A stretch of DNA of 61,330 nt from an uncultured Clostridia bacterium. GTDB taxonomy: Bacteria > Aerophobota > Aerophobia > Aerophobales > B3-G15. Position numbers and translations under genes: made by a program. Positions 45,172 through 55,441 of this stretch are shown here, piece after piece; position 1 is the stretch's first letter, and each line of letters starts with the position of its first letter. The stretch is taken from contig CAYZYX010000004.1 in assembly GCA_964482715.1 (NCBI GenBank), forward strand, positions 1 to 61,330. The letters are read 5' to 3'. The notes under the pieces were generated by a model that had not been told where the DNA came from, searched no databases, and was given only the letters and a program-made list of their open reading frames with translations.

Positions 45172-46895
45172 ACCCTAAATTGAAGCTCCCACAACTTCCT
45201 GTAGTAACCTGATTTTTTAATTAATTCCTTATGTCTTCCCACTTCTACAATTTCACCATCTTTAATGACTACTATTTTATCAGCGTTCTTAATGGTGGAC
45301 AGACGGTGAGCAATTATTATTGCTGTGCGAGATTTAAGCAGCCTGCTTAAAGCTTCCTGAATTAGGGTCTCTGATTCAGAATCCATGTCGCTGGTGGCTT
45401 CATCAAGAATCAAGATGGCCGGGTCTTTTAAAATTGCCCTGGCAATGGCGATCCGCTGTCCTTCTCCTCCTGAAAGTCTTTCTCCTCTTTCCTGAATGTA
45501 AGTTCGATACCCATCTTTCATTTTCTGAATGAAGGAATGTGCATTTGCAGCTTTTGATGCTTCAATTACCTCTTCCAGTGTAGCTCCTGGTTTTCCATAA
45601 CTTATGTTATTGTAAACAGTATCATTAAAAAGTATGGTATCCTGGGTTACGATACCCATAAGCTGACGAAGAGAAGAAAGATCAATTTCTCTTAGGTCTT
45701 TACCATCTATCAATATTCTACCCTCGTGAGGGTCATAGAATCTGGCTAAAAGGTTAACCAGAGTGGTTTTTCCCGCTCCAGAGGGGCCGACAAGTGCAAC
45801 AATCTCTCCTTTTTTAATTTCCAGGTTTATGTTTTTTAGGACTATTTCATTTTCATAACGAAATGATACGTTTTCAAACTTTATACTCCCTCTAAATTCA
45901 TTTAAATAAACCGGGTTGGAAGAATTTTTGATCTGAGGAGCTGTATCCAGTATTTCAAATACCCTCTCTCCTGAAGCAAGAGCTTGCTGAATAATTGAAT
46001 TTACATCTCCCAATCTTGAAAGAGGTCTATAAAGAGATATAAGACCCCCCATGAAAGCTATAAATTCTCCTGCGGTCATGGCTCCTTCAATTACCAGTTT
46101 ACCCCCGAACCACACAATAAAAGCAATACCAAAGCTGGAAATAAAACCTATTAGAGGCCCAATGAGAGCTGCTATCCTTCTTGATTTCATTTCTGCTGTA
46201 AAATACTCTTTACTTCGTTCTTTAAACTTTTCTCTCTCATACCCTTCCATGGAAAAAGCTTTTATGATTCTTATAGCTGAAAGACTTTCCTGCAGGACAG
46301 AGGTTAACACGGCCATTTCTTTTCTGACTCTTCGAGACATCCTTCTGAGCTGACTGCTTAACCTGGCTGTAATTTTCACCAGAAAAGGTAAAATAGCCAG
46401 GGAAATAAGGGTTAGCTGCCAATTAAAATAAAAAAGAAGGCCCAGAAGAACGGCAACTGTAACGCCTTCCTTTATAATATCTCCAATAGCTCGAGAAAGA
46501 GCATTTTGCATGGTAGTTATATCACTTGTGAGTCGAGAAATAAGTTCTCCCACAGGTTTGCGGGAAAAAAAGGAAAGGGAGAGTCTCTGTAAGTGGGCGT
46601 AAAGTACATTTCTTATGTCAAAAACCACCTTTTGACCAATCCAGTACATGAGATACTTCTGGCCGTAGTTAAAAATACCCTGAAAGAAAAATACTCCCAC
46701 AATGAAAAGGGGAATTAAGCTCAGCATCAGGGTGTCCTTCGAGAGCAAAACTTTATCCACCATGTCTTTTATAATCCAGAGAAGCGCTGCCGATAAAGAG
46801 CCCGACAAAACCATACACAAAAGAGCCAGTATTAATTTTTTCCAGTAAGGCTTCACGAAGACAAGCAGACGTGAATATATATTTCTTTTGCTCAT
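45168..46895 (-). CDS. MsbA-like ABC exporter (fused permease/ATPase)
   Basis: N-terminal TM domain plus 'GPSGAGKTT', 'LSGGE.QR', 'ILDEATS'; ATG 46895 coupled to the upstream stop. Confidence 0.88.
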   Translation of the reverse strand: MSKRNIYSRLLVFVKPYWKKLILALLCMVLSGSLSAALLWIIKDMVDKVLLSKDTLMLSLIPLFIVGVFFFQGIFNYGQKYLMYWIGQKVVFDIRNVLYAHLQRLSLSFFSRKPVGELISRLTSDITTMQNALSRAIGDIIKEGVTVAVLLGLLFYFNWQLTLISLAILPFLVKITARLSSQLRRMSRRVRKEMAVLTSVLQESLSAIRIIKAFSMEGYEREKFKERSKEYFTAEMKSRRIAALIGPLIGFISSFGIAFIVWFGGKLVIEGAMTAGEFIAFMGGLISLYRPLSRLGDVNSIIQQALASGERVFEILDTAPQIKNSSNPVYLNEFRGSIKFENVSFRYENEIVLKNINLEIKKGEIVALVGPSGAGKTTLVNLLARFYDPHEGRILIDGKDLREIDLSSLRQLMGIVTQDTILFNDTVYNNISYGKPGATLEEVIEASKAANAHSFIQKMKDGYRTYIQERGERLSGGEGQRIAIARAILKDPAILILDEATSDMDSESETLIQEALSRLLKSRTAIIIAHRLSTIKNADKIVVIKDGEIVEVGRHKELIKKSGYYRKLWELQFRV

Positions 46896-47659
46896 AACTC
46901 TCTTCTCCTGAAGAGAAAATAGGAAAGAATCAACATAGCACTGATATAACAAAAAGCATATCCTGTCACTTTAAGAGTGTATTTGAGTCCAATTATGTTT
47001 CCCTTTACCACTTCTTCCCTCACATTAAAGTATTCAAGGTTTGGTAAGACAAAACAGATAAAATGTATTGTGCTTTTCAGCATCTTATCGGAGATTAATT
47101 TACTCAGATTGTAAAGTTGAGGGTTGAGGTGCCCCAGAGCATAGAAGAAAAGACAGAAAAGCACGCTTGTCAGGATGGAGGATGAAAATGAGGAAAACAT
47201 TATCCCGAAAGAGATGATTACAAGAGTCTCCAGAAACATAAAAATCAGGGCTATTAGTATTTTTGAATCAAAATAGCCATGCTTTAAAAAAAGCATAATC
47301 AAAAATATTGTTCCTGTAGTAATTATAGCAAGTCCTGTAGTCCAGGCTATACCTATAAAATTACCAATCAAAAAATGCAATTTATTTATTGGTTTAGAAA
47401 ACAGCACGTATATAGTTTTTCTCTCTAATTCCCCTACTATGGCTTCTCCTGAGAGAAAAACCGCTATTAGGGCTGTAAAAACCGAGATACTTGCAAGCCC
47501 TGTATCCTTAACTATTTTGAGTTTTGCCGTGAAGGTTAAAGACTCAAGCAATAGAGAAAAGAGAATAAGTCCTATACCAAAAAATAAAAACAGGTTAAAT
47601 ATTTTACTGTTAATAGCCTGGTAAAAAGATTTACGTGAGAGAGCTAAAACTTTTCGCAT
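46892..47659 (-). CDS. ABC-2 type transporter permease
   Basis: About six TM helices; 'ELERKTIYVLFSKP' motif. Confidence 0.8.
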   Translation of the reverse strand: MRKVLALSRKSFYQAINSKIFNLFLFFGIGLILFSLLLESLTFTAKLKIVKDTGLASISVFTALIAVFLSGEAIVGELERKTIYVLFSKPINKLHFLIGNFIGIAWTTGLAIITTGTIFLIMLFLKHGYFDSKILIALIFMFLETLVIISFGIMFSSFSSSILTSVLFCLFFYALGHLNPQLYNLSKLISDKMLKSTIHFICFVLPNLEYFNVREEVVKGNIIGLKYTLKVTGYAFCYISAMLILSYFLFRRREL

Positions 47660-48541
47660 TTAAGATTCACTACTCTTAAAAGAAATTCCACTCCAGCCCA
47701 GCTTGGATCTGAGTATCTTAAAAAAAGATTTTTCCTTAAGTCTCACCAGTTTCGCCTGATGGGGACTTTTTCTTACCTCAATTTTATCTCCCTCTTTTAT
47801 TGAATGACCGATTTGGCCATCTATGGTAAGAAGTATATCTTTTACTGGTGGTTCCGGAACAACCTTTACTGACTCCTGGTCAGAAATTATGAGGGGTCTT
47901 ATGGCGAGAGTATGGGCACATATGGGAGATAAGATTATTGCTTTCAGATCGGGATGGACAACAGGGCCACCAGCAGACAGAGAATAGGCAGTGGATCCAG
48001 TTGGTGTGGAAATAATCAGTCCATCCGCTGAATATGTGGTTACGAATTCACCAGAAATAAAAGTCTTTAAGGAAACTATTCTGGGCAGATATACTTTACT
48101 TATTACCACATCATTTAAAGCAATAAAATTTAAAGTTTTTTGAGTTGAACTTATTATAAATGCTTCCAGCATCATTCTCTTCTCTATGGTGTAATTTTTG
48201 GATAAGACACTCTCCAGGCCTTCTTCAAATTTGTTAAGAGCAATCTCGGTGAGAAAACCAAGGCCTCCCAGGTTGATCCCCAGAATGGGAATTCCCCAGG
48301 GAGAAAAATCACGAGCTGCTCTAAAGAGAGTTCCGTCACCCCCCAGAGAGATAATCAGTTCCGCTTCCTTTCTAATATCCTCATTAGTTGTAAGTTCCGC
48401 TTGATTAAAACTGGTTGGAAAAATATCTCTTGACACCAAAATGTCCACCTTTTTCTTTTGTAACCATTTGAAAACAGGTTTTGCTTTTTCGAACACGTCC
48501 TTTCTTGCCGGATTAAGTGTTACCGCCACTTTTTTAATCAT
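47660..48541 (-). CDS. nadK: NAD kinase
   Basis: 'LGGDGT', 'LNDVV', 'DGLIISTPTGSTAYSLSAGGP'. Confidence 0.96.
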   Translation of the reverse strand: MIKKVAVTLNPARKDVFEKAKPVFKWLQKKKVDILVSRDIFPTSFNQAELTTNEDIRKEAELIISLGGDGTLFRAARDFSPWGIPILGINLGGLGFLTEIALNKFEEGLESVLSKNYTIEKRMMLEAFIISSTQKTLNFIALNDVVISKVYLPRIVSLKTFISGEFVTTYSADGLIISTPTGSTAYSLSAGGPVVHPDLKAIILSPICAHTLAIRPLIISDQESVKVVPEPPVKDILLTIDGQIGHSIKEGDKIEVRKSPHQAKLVRLKEKSFFKILRSKLGWSGISFKSSES

Positions 48542-48561
48542 TTCTACTTTTTACCTATTTT

Positions 48562-49002
48562 TTACCTGAGCCAGAGCAGGCTTATAAAAAATCCAATTAA
48601 AGAACCCACCACAACATCAAGAGGTTTATGTCCCAGAGTTTCCTGAAGATTTTTTTTGACTTTACCTGTATAAACTTCATTGGTCAGTTTATTTAATAGC
48701 TTGGCCTGTTGCTCTACTTTTTTTCTCACTCCAACAGCTTCATATATTATAGCTAAAGAGAACACCAGGGTGATGGTGAAAAGATTAGATGAAATTCCTT
48801 CTTTTATACCAATCCCTGTAAGTAAAGCTATAACCATAGCTGCATGTGAAGAAGGCATTCCGCCTGGTTCGATGAAACGATGCCAATTCCACTTTCTATC
48901 CTGAAAAAAAGTAACCACCAATTTTAACCCTTGAGTCAAAAACCAGGCTGATCCAACAGCCCAGAGTAATTTATTGGTTAAAAAGGATATAAAAAAACTC
49001 AT
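48562..49002 (-). CDS. Divergent PAP2 family (DUF212) membrane protein
   Basis: 'GGMPSSHAA', 'L.E.LGH.P'. Confidence 0.9.
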   Translation of the reverse strand: MSFFISFLTNKLLWAVGSAWFLTQGLKLVVTFFQDRKWNWHRFIEPGGMPSSHAAMVIALLTGIGIKEGISSNLFTITLVFSLAIIYEAVGVRKKVEQQAKLLNKLTNEVYTGKVKKNLQETLGHKPLDVVVGSLIGFFISLLWLR

Positions 49003-49007
49003 TATTC

Positions 49008-49289
49008 TTATTCATATTCTTTAAAAAGGCTTCCGTAATCCTCCTTTTCACCCATAGAAGAACTGTTTTCCTGGGGAAGTTGCCAGGGTTCGAGTTTGAA
49101 TTTTTCATTTTCCTTCACCAGCAGACTTATTCTCTTCTCCACTTCCTCAAGTTTCCGTTCACAGAAATTCACAAGTTTCATACCTTCTTCAAATTTTTTA
49201 ATGGAATCCTCCAGAGATAGGTTCCCCTCTTCTAATTCCTTGGTTATTTTTTCTAATTGCTCCATAGCTTCCTCAAAATTCACCTTCAT
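49008..49289 (-). CDS. xseB: Exodeoxyribonuclease VII small subunit
   Basis: 'FEEAM..LE.I...LE.G.LSLE.SI..FEEG..L...C...L...E'. Confidence 0.93.
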   Translation of the reverse strand: MKVNFEEAMEQLEKITKELEEGNLSLEDSIKKFEEGMKLVNFCERKLEEVEKRISLLVKENEKFKLEPWQLPQENSSSMGEKEDYGSLFKEYE

Positions 49290-50631
49290 CCTCCTCACTT
49301 TTATATATCTTTCCGTAAAGATTCCCTTTATATAATTTTATTTTTACCCTCTCACCAGGCCTAATCTGGGTGTTTTCTTTAACCACTTTCTCTTCAGGAT
49401 AGGTAAAACAGATACTATAGCCCCTTTTTAAAACAGAATAGGGGGATAAAGCTTCAATTTTATTTTGAAGACTCAAAAGCTGGCTTCTTTTTCTGTCAAG
49501 AGCGGTATCTATTGATTTTTTCAGTTTTTCCTTCAGAGTTTTTATTTTCTCCCTGATCAGGTTGAAACGGTTAAAGGGAGAATTCTGAATGATGCCCTGG
49601 TTGAGGCGAAAGAATTTGTGTCTTGAATTTTGAAAAATCAAAGTTATAGAGTGAAATAATCTTCTTCTGTTGTCGTCCACCCTCTGTTTTAATTCCTGGA
49701 GGATAAAGCGTGGGTGCTTTATCTGAAGCAATCTCTTAAATTTAGCAATTTCCTGTTCCCAGCTTTTCCTTTTTTGATTGATCAGCGTTTTTAATTTCCC
49801 CTTTTTTTCCATAATTTTTAAAAGGAGGTCATCCTTTCGAGGCACCACTATCTCAGCAGCAGCTGAAGGAGTCGGTGCTCTCTGATCGGCCACAAGGTCA
49901 GCTATAGTAAGGTCAATTTCGTGACCGACTGCCGAGATGATGGGGATTCGTGAATTATAAATAGCATCGGCCACTATCTTTTCATTAAATGCAAAGAGGT
50001 CTTCAATAGACCCACCTCCTCTTCCCACAATTATCACGTCCACTTTTCCGTATTCGTTTAAATTCTCAATTGCCTCAGCAATTTCCGTAGGAGCTTCTTC
50101 TCCTTGAACCCGGCAGGGAGAAATGACTATTTCCAGATTAGGAAATCTATCACCCAGAACCTTTAAGATGTCCTTTATAGCTGCCCCTCTTGCTGAAGTT
50201 ACCACGCCGATTCTTTGGGGCAAAAAAGGAAGTGGAAGTTTATGAGAAGGATCAAAGTAACCCTTTTTTTGTAGTTCTTCTTTTAACTTCTCAAAAGCAA
50301 GGTAGAGAAGACCCTTACCAAGAGGAAACAGCTCTTCTACGTAAAGTTGATATCTGCCCTTTGGAGGATAGACTCCTATATTACCTCTTGCTACAACCTC
50401 CAGACCATTTTGAAGATCAAATTTCAGGTTCTGGAATTTGTCCTCAAACATTACGCAGGAAAGAATTCCTCCGCTATCCTTTAAAGAAAAATAGAGATGT
50501 TTGCCCGGGACTCTATAGTTGGAGATTTCTCCTTTAACCAGAATATCCTGAAGCCTTATATCTTCTTCAAGAGTTCCCTTTATGTAAGCGGTTATTTCAG
50601 ATACAGTATGAATACGAAGATCTTGCCTCAT
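49273..50631 (-). CDS. xseA: Exodeoxyribonuclease VII large subunit
   Basis: 'GEISN', 'YFSLKD', 'RGGGSIEDL', 'SAVGHEID', 'APTPSAAAE'. Confidence 0.96.
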   Translation of the reverse strand: MRQDLRIHTVSEITAYIKGTLEEDIRLQDILVKGEISNYRVPGKHLYFSLKDSGGILSCVMFEDKFQNLKFDLQNGLEVVARGNIGVYPPKGRYQLYVEELFPLGKGLLYLAFEKLKEELQKKGYFDPSHKLPLPFLPQRIGVVTSARGAAIKDILKVLGDRFPNLEIVISPCRVQGEEAPTEIAEAIENLNEYGKVDVIIVGRGGGSIEDLFAFNEKIVADAIYNSRIPIISAVGHEIDLTIADLVADQRAPTPSAAAEIVVPRKDDLLLKIMEKKGKLKTLINQKRKSWEQEIAKFKRLLQIKHPRFILQELKQRVDDNRRRLFHSITLIFQNSRHKFFRLNQGIIQNSPFNRFNLIREKIKTLKEKLKKSIDTALDRKRSQLLSLQNKIEALSPYSVLKRGYSICFTYPEEKVVKENTQIRPGERVKIKLYKGNLYGKIYKSEEDEGEF

Positions 50632-50640
50632 TGCTTTTAT

Positions 50641-50668
50641 AAAATAGCAGAGGGTAAGTGCGTGTCAA
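50641..50668 (-). promoter_or_regulatory. Putative sigma70 promoter of xseA (probably leaderless)
   Basis: Minus-strand TTGACA-16 nt-TATTTT with TGn extension; ATG 9 nt downstream. Confidence 0.5.
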
Positions 50669-50693
50669 GGATGTCATTCCTGAAACTTAAGGA

Positions 50694-51605
50694 TTATCCT
50701 GCCAATTTTCTTTTCCAGAAATCAACACTCTCCTTTAGGTCGGATAGAACTTTATTTTCATCCTCTTCAAAGGGATGGATGATCTCCAGAATAAGAATCA
50801 CCTCTTCGGCTTTTGAATTTTCAATAGTCTCTATCAACTTTTCTGGCTTAATTATACCTTTTCTATTGTATTCGTCTGTGAATGGCCAGTGTCGATCGTA
50901 TACTCCATCTGTTTGCTGAATGTGAATTACAGGAGAAATGTGAGCAAATTCCTTTACCCATACATAAGGATCCTTATCCTCTTTCAAACCAGATCTTAAA
51001 CACTGATGACCTACATCAAGACAGAAAAGTACGGGAACTTTTGCTCTTTTATTTACCCTTTCGTAAAATTTTCTAGCTTTTTCTCTGGTCTCAGTTAGTT
51101 CCCGGGATATGGGTGTTGGTTCCCAGAGTAAAAACTTCTGTCCCAGCGATGAGGCAATCTCTGAGAGATACTGGATACTCTCTATGAGGCAATCGGTAAG
51201 ATATTCCTTACGGGAAGGATCATGAAAATCTTTAAAAGAGAGAGATCCGAGGGGACCACCTGTTGCTTTCACGTTCATTTCACCAGTCATGAGGATAGCT
51301 TCTTCACAAAAACGTAAAGCTCTTTCTCGAATTCTTGGATTTGGGTGGAGAAGTTGATTAAAGCTGTAGAAGGAAAGCCCGGTAAAGGTGGAACAAATGG
51401 TAATTCCAAAATTACTGGCCACTTTCGCTATATCCTGACTTATTCTGGGACGAACTGATTTACTGAGTAAGGGATCGGCAAGGTCAAAACTGAATTGCAC
51501 AACTTCAAGACCAAATTCTTCGACGATTATTCGTGACCACTCTTCAGGTTCTGGCCACCTTTTTGCTGCAAAACAATTATTTATTCCAAGTTTCACTTTG
51601 GCCAA
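50694..51605 (-). CDS. Sugar-phosphate isomerase/epimerase TIM barrel (EryC-like)
   Basis: 'LGINNCFAAKRWPEP', 'WEP', 'LDVGH', 'IHIQQTDG..DRHWPF', 'LEI'; TTG start with SD GGAG. Confidence 0.75.
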   Translation of the reverse strand: MAKVKLGINNCFAAKRWPEPEEWSRIIVEEFGLEVVQFSFDLADPLLSKSVRPRISQDIAKVASNFGITICSTFTGLSFYSFNQLLHPNPRIRERALRFCEEAILMTGEMNVKATGGPLGSLSFKDFHDPSRKEYLTDCLIESIQYLSEIASSLGQKFLLWEPTPISRELTETREKARKFYERVNKRAKVPVLFCLDVGHQCLRSGLKEDKDPYVWVKEFAHISPVIHIQQTDGVYDRHWPFTDEYNRKGIIKPEKLIETIENSKAEEVILILEIIHPFEEDENKVLSDLKESVDFWKRKLAG

Positions 51606-51638
51606 TTTATTCTCCTTGCAACAATTTTATGTGATAAC

Positions 51639-52208
51639 TTAGTCTGATCTTTTCTTACCTTCTTTCCATAGTAGGTCAAAATAATCTTCCAAGTCTTTAA
51701 CCAGTAAAGGGTGAGTAAGAAGCACCGAGATTTCCCTGTTTTGAGTAAGAGAATAATATGTCCAGTTGTTACTTCCCAGGATGGCGATGGAGGAGTCTAC
51801 TATCACCAATTTGGCATGACAGGTTATTTTTGGTGAATCAAAAACTACTTTTATCCCATTTTTACCCAGAATTTTTCCTGAAAGAGTATTTTTTCTGGTC
51901 AATCTTTCATTCCATTCACTCACCTCCAGTATAACTTTAACATCAACCCCTCTTTTTCCAGCAGCAATTAATTCCTGGATCAGGATGTTGCTCGGACTTA
52001 AGGGGTAGTCTGGATAATAGGCCATTTCAAAAGCTATTATTTTTATGGAACGTCTGGCTTCTTTGATGACTTCTTTTACCACGGGGAAATATTCCTGGTC
52101 TTTTATTATCCTGGATTTTAAAGCAGTGAGTCCGGAAAAGGATGAAACTACTAAAATAGAAAAGGTAAGGCAAATAAGGAGTAAAATTCTTAACTTCTTT
52201 AAGGTCAT
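51639..52208 (-). CDS. Exported phospholipase D/Nuc-like protein (single HKD)
   Basis: Signal/TM helix; 'HAKLVIVD....LGSNNWT...L.QNRE'. Confidence 0.88.
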   Translation of the reverse strand: MTLKKLRILLLICLTFSILVVSSFSGLTALKSRIIKDQEYFPVVKEVIKEARRSIKIIAFEMAYYPDYPLSPSNILIQELIAAGKRGVDVKVILEVSEWNERLTRKNTLSGKILGKNGIKVVFDSPKITCHAKLVIVDSSIAILGSNNWTYYSLTQNREISVLLTHPLLVKDLEDYFDLLWKEGKKRSD

Positions 52209-52220
52209 ATTCTTTAAAAA

Positions 52221-53381
52221 TTAGATTTGGAAAGCTTTTTTATATATTGCAATTACTTCTTTAAGGTCCATTTCCTTTGGATTGTTGCTCATTTTTGTTT
52301 TATCTGCTACCACTTCCCTGGCAAATTCAAAAAGACGTTCCTCTTTTACTGGCACTTTTTCTAAGACAAAGCCAGATCTTCGCAGGAAATTTTCTATCAC
52401 CAGGGCACTCTCATGGGGATCATTTTTTTGTTTTTCTGAGACATTTTTATCAAGAAGACTTAAAACATGTGAAAATTTATCGGGATTTGCTGAAAAGTTT
52501 GCTTCCCAGAACCAGGGAAAAAGAATGCCATTTGCCCGACCATGAGGAATACCAAAATCTGAAGTTAGACGATATCCCATGGCATGAAGCAAGGTAGTAC
52601 CAGTCTGGGCAATAGCTATTCCAGCTAAAGTAGAGGCATAAAGTAAAAGAGAACGTATCTTCTGGTTTTGAGGCTGACAAAAAACTTCTGGTAAATTTTT
52701 TCCCAGAATTTTAATTGCCTCAAGAGCGATAGTTTCACTTAAGAGAGAAGATCGGCATGAGATGTAACTTTCAAAGGCATGAGAGAGGGCATCTATTCCT
52801 GTGCTGGAGGTCAGATCAGGAGGAAGGTTAAAGGTCAGAGATGGGTCCAGCAGAGCCTCTCGCGGAAATAGATGAGGGTCGCCTATTATTTTTTTACGAT
52901 GTTCCCCCTCTTTAGTATCGGTAATCACGGCATAAGGAGTTACCTCGCTTCCCGTTCCTGCAGTCGTGGGAATAGCTATAAGAGGTGGGATTTCATTTTT
53001 TACTCTGTTTTTCCCATAGTAAAAATCAAGAGGCCCTGGGCCAGTGGCCAGAATTCCTATGGCCTTGGCAGCGTCAAGTGGACTTCCTCCTCCCAGGGCT
53101 ACTATAAATTCACATTTTTCTTTTTTGAAAAGATCTGCCCCTTCTTCTACCGTAATTGAAGAAGGATTAGGCTCAACTCTCTCAAAAAGAACGGGTTCAA
53201 CATTTTCTTTTTTTAGTACCTCTTCCAAAAGACTTAAAAACCCGAGTCTTCTGGCAGAACTTCTTCCAGTAACTACCAATGCTCTTTTTCCATACCTACT
53301 GGCTATCCTGCCAGCCTCTTTTAACTTTCCCAATCCGAAGTGAATACGCGTTGGCAAATAAAAGGCAAAATTTAAAGACAA
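52221..53381 (-). CDS. Iron-containing alcohol dehydrogenase family protein
   Basis: 'EPNP', 'LGGGSPLDAAK', 'PTTAGTGSEVT', 'DALSHAFE', 'HAM', 'PHG'. Confidence 0.93.
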   Translation of the reverse strand: MSLNFAFYLPTRIHFGLGKLKEAGRIASRYGKRALVVTGRSSARRLGFLSLLEEVLKKENVEPVLFERVEPNPSSITVEEGADLFKKEKCEFIVALGGGSPLDAAKAIGILATGPGPLDFYYGKNRVKNEIPPLIAIPTTAGTGSEVTPYAVITDTKEGEHRKKIIGDPHLFPREALLDPSLTFNLPPDLTSSTGIDALSHAFESYISCRSSLLSETIALEAIKILGKNLPEVFCQPQNQKIRSLLLYASTLAGIAIAQTGTTLLHAMGYRLTSDFGIPHGRANGILFPWFWEANFSANPDKFSHVLSLLDKNVSEKQKNDPHESALVIENFLRRSGFVLEKVPVKEERLFEFAREVVADKTKMSNNPKEMDLKEVIAIYKKAFQI

Positions 53382-53394
53382 ATTCGCCCTCCCC

Positions 53395-55428
53395 TTATTT
53401 TATCTCTGTTACTATGGTGTATCGACCTTCTCTTTTCAGGGGTTCAAATCTTTTACCCCCTCCCTCATAAAACTTGGTGAAAAATTCAACAAATTGTAAT
53501 CTCGCCGTGTGAATGAAACCTGACAGACAGTTTATCAGGAGATTTCCCAGGTGGCCAAGAACTAAAATCAATACCAGAGCAACTGGACCCAAAACAGGGA
53601 TTCCCCCAGCCATTTGGGCAATTGTGTTTACTACAGTGGCTATAACACTGGTAGCAAGTCCAAGAGCCAGAAGTCGGGAGTAAGATAAAATATCGGCAAA
53701 TAACTGAATAATTCCGTATACCTCATAAGCTCCTTTAGCAAGCCTTTTCCCAATATTCTTGCTTTTTCTTCCTGAAAAAAAGAAAAGTATAGCCGCTGCT
53801 CCCAGTGTAAAGATAGATCCTATCCTGGAGTATAAAGGAGATTTTTTCCAGAGTTCCAGAATCTGACCTGGAGATAGACTCAAGGCCAATCCTCCCCCCT
53901 CTCCCGAGAGGAATCCTTTTATCTGAGGAAGAAAAGCCAGAAGCAATCCAATTATAAGAACAATCCAGGTAAATTGGTCTAAAAAAGCACCCCCCACATC
54001 CCCTCTTCTTAACTTATCCTTCATTTCGAGAGCAATACCTGTTAGGAGATGAATTACTCCCATTGCCAGGGCAATCATGAGAAAAGTCATGGGCTCGTTT
54101 ATGGGATTAAAGAGAGCCAGCTTCTTAAGTGGAAGAAGAAATTCAGGGAGTTTTTGTAGTTCAACACCAAAAAGTCCCCCAGTGACTGTTCCTATTACAA
54201 TCGTTACGAGACCACTTATAAAAAGAAGAGAAAATAGTTTCCTTCCCCCTTCAGTTACCTGGACTTTTTTGGGAATAAGATAAGCCAAAAGGGCCAGTAT
54301 AATGCCGTATCCCCCATCAGTTAAACAGAAAGCCAGAAAGAGAGCAAAGAAAGGGGCTAAGAAAGGTGTAGGGTCTATCTCAACGTATCTGGGAAGTCCA
54401 TAAAGTTCGGTGATGAGTTCAAAGGGTTTAAATATTCTGGAATTGGAAAGTGCAATGGGGATCCTGGATTGTTCTTTTTTAGTGGGTTTTTTTATTATGA
54501 CTTCTATTTGATTAAACGCAGTTAAAGCTTCCTTTAAAACAGGAAGATCCTCCTTTCGAACCCATCCCTCCAGCAAAAACGTATAACGGCTTACCCGTGA
54601 ATGTAAATGGGCTTTTTTTTCCTGAAGAAGGTCATAGAAATGGTCATATAAAGTCATAAGTTTTATCTTCTCTTTGGTCAAATTAGCTGCTTCTTCAAGC
54701 AGGTCTTTTCTTTTTTTCTCCAGATTTTCTATTTCCTGTTTAATCTTCCCCAGACGATGAGAAGGCATCACTTCCTCGGTTAGCTTAACCTTCTCTCCCT
54801 TTAATTTGTGGATTAGCTGATCTACATGTTCCCTCTTATCTTTAAGAAAAATGAGTAAAATATAGACCTTTCTACCAACTTCCCCCAGAATCTGAGCGTG
54901 AATCGGAACCTTTTCGGTTAATTTAAAGAGAAGAGGTCTACTTTCTTGAGGTATTATCAGGGGTTGTGCTTCCACATACTTTGATGTTTTCAGATCTTTT
55001 AGAGCCAGAGGGAGTTTTCGCCAAGGTGAAAGATTCAAATACTCTTCTCTTAAAGAAAATATCCTTTCCTTTGTCTTTTCAATTTCCTCCTGTATTTTTT
55101 GACATTTTTGACATATCCTTTTCCAGTTAAAATTTTTCACCCAATTATTATAATCTGCTGGTTTTACTACAACCCTGGTAGGAAAAAAACCAAGTTCAAA
55201 TTTTTTCTCTTCAAACTGACTTAAAAAATTTATTCCTTCTTCAAGTCTGGAAAGATTTTCCTGAAGAGACTCAAGTTCTACCTCTGTCTTTTGAAAAAAA
55301 TCAGCTACTGATTCCTTCCCTGGAGGTGTGGCCTGAAATATACCAAGCTGCTGTAACTTTTTAACCACCTTCTCTCTTAAACTACTTTCACCAATAAGGA
55401 GAATTTTTCTCATCTCTGCAATAGCCAT
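53395..55428 (-). CDS. V/A-type ATP synthase subunit I (a)
   Basis: 'PFE....YGLP.Y.EIDPT', 'SYSRLLALGLA' (conserved Arg), 'RLQFVEFFTKFYEGGG..F.P'. Confidence 0.95.
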   Translation of the reverse strand: MAIAEMRKILLIGESSLREKVVKKLQQLGIFQATPPGKESVADFFQKTEVELESLQENLSRLEEGINFLSQFEEKKFELGFFPTRVVVKPADYNNWVKNFNWKRICQKCQKIQEEIEKTKERIFSLREEYLNLSPWRKLPLALKDLKTSKYVEAQPLIIPQESRPLLFKLTEKVPIHAQILGEVGRKVYILLIFLKDKREHVDQLIHKLKGEKVKLTEEVMPSHRLGKIKQEIENLEKKRKDLLEEAANLTKEKIKLMTLYDHFYDLLQEKKAHLHSRVSRYTFLLEGWVRKEDLPVLKEALTAFNQIEVIIKKPTKKEQSRIPIALSNSRIFKPFELITELYGLPRYVEIDPTPFLAPFFALFLAFCLTDGGYGIILALLAYLIPKKVQVTEGGRKLFSLLFISGLVTIVIGTVTGGLFGVELQKLPEFLLPLKKLALFNPINEPMTFLMIALAMGVIHLLTGIALEMKDKLRRGDVGGAFLDQFTWIVLIIGLLLAFLPQIKGFLSGEGGGLALSLSPGQILELWKKSPLYSRIGSIFTLGAAAILFFFSGRKSKNIGKRLAKGAYEVYGIIQLFADILSYSRLLALGLATSVIATVVNTIAQMAGGIPVLGPVALVLILVLGHLGNLLINCLSGFIHTARLQFVEFFTKFYEGGGKRFEPLKREGRYTIVTEIK

Positions 55429-55441
55429 GAGACTCCCCCTG

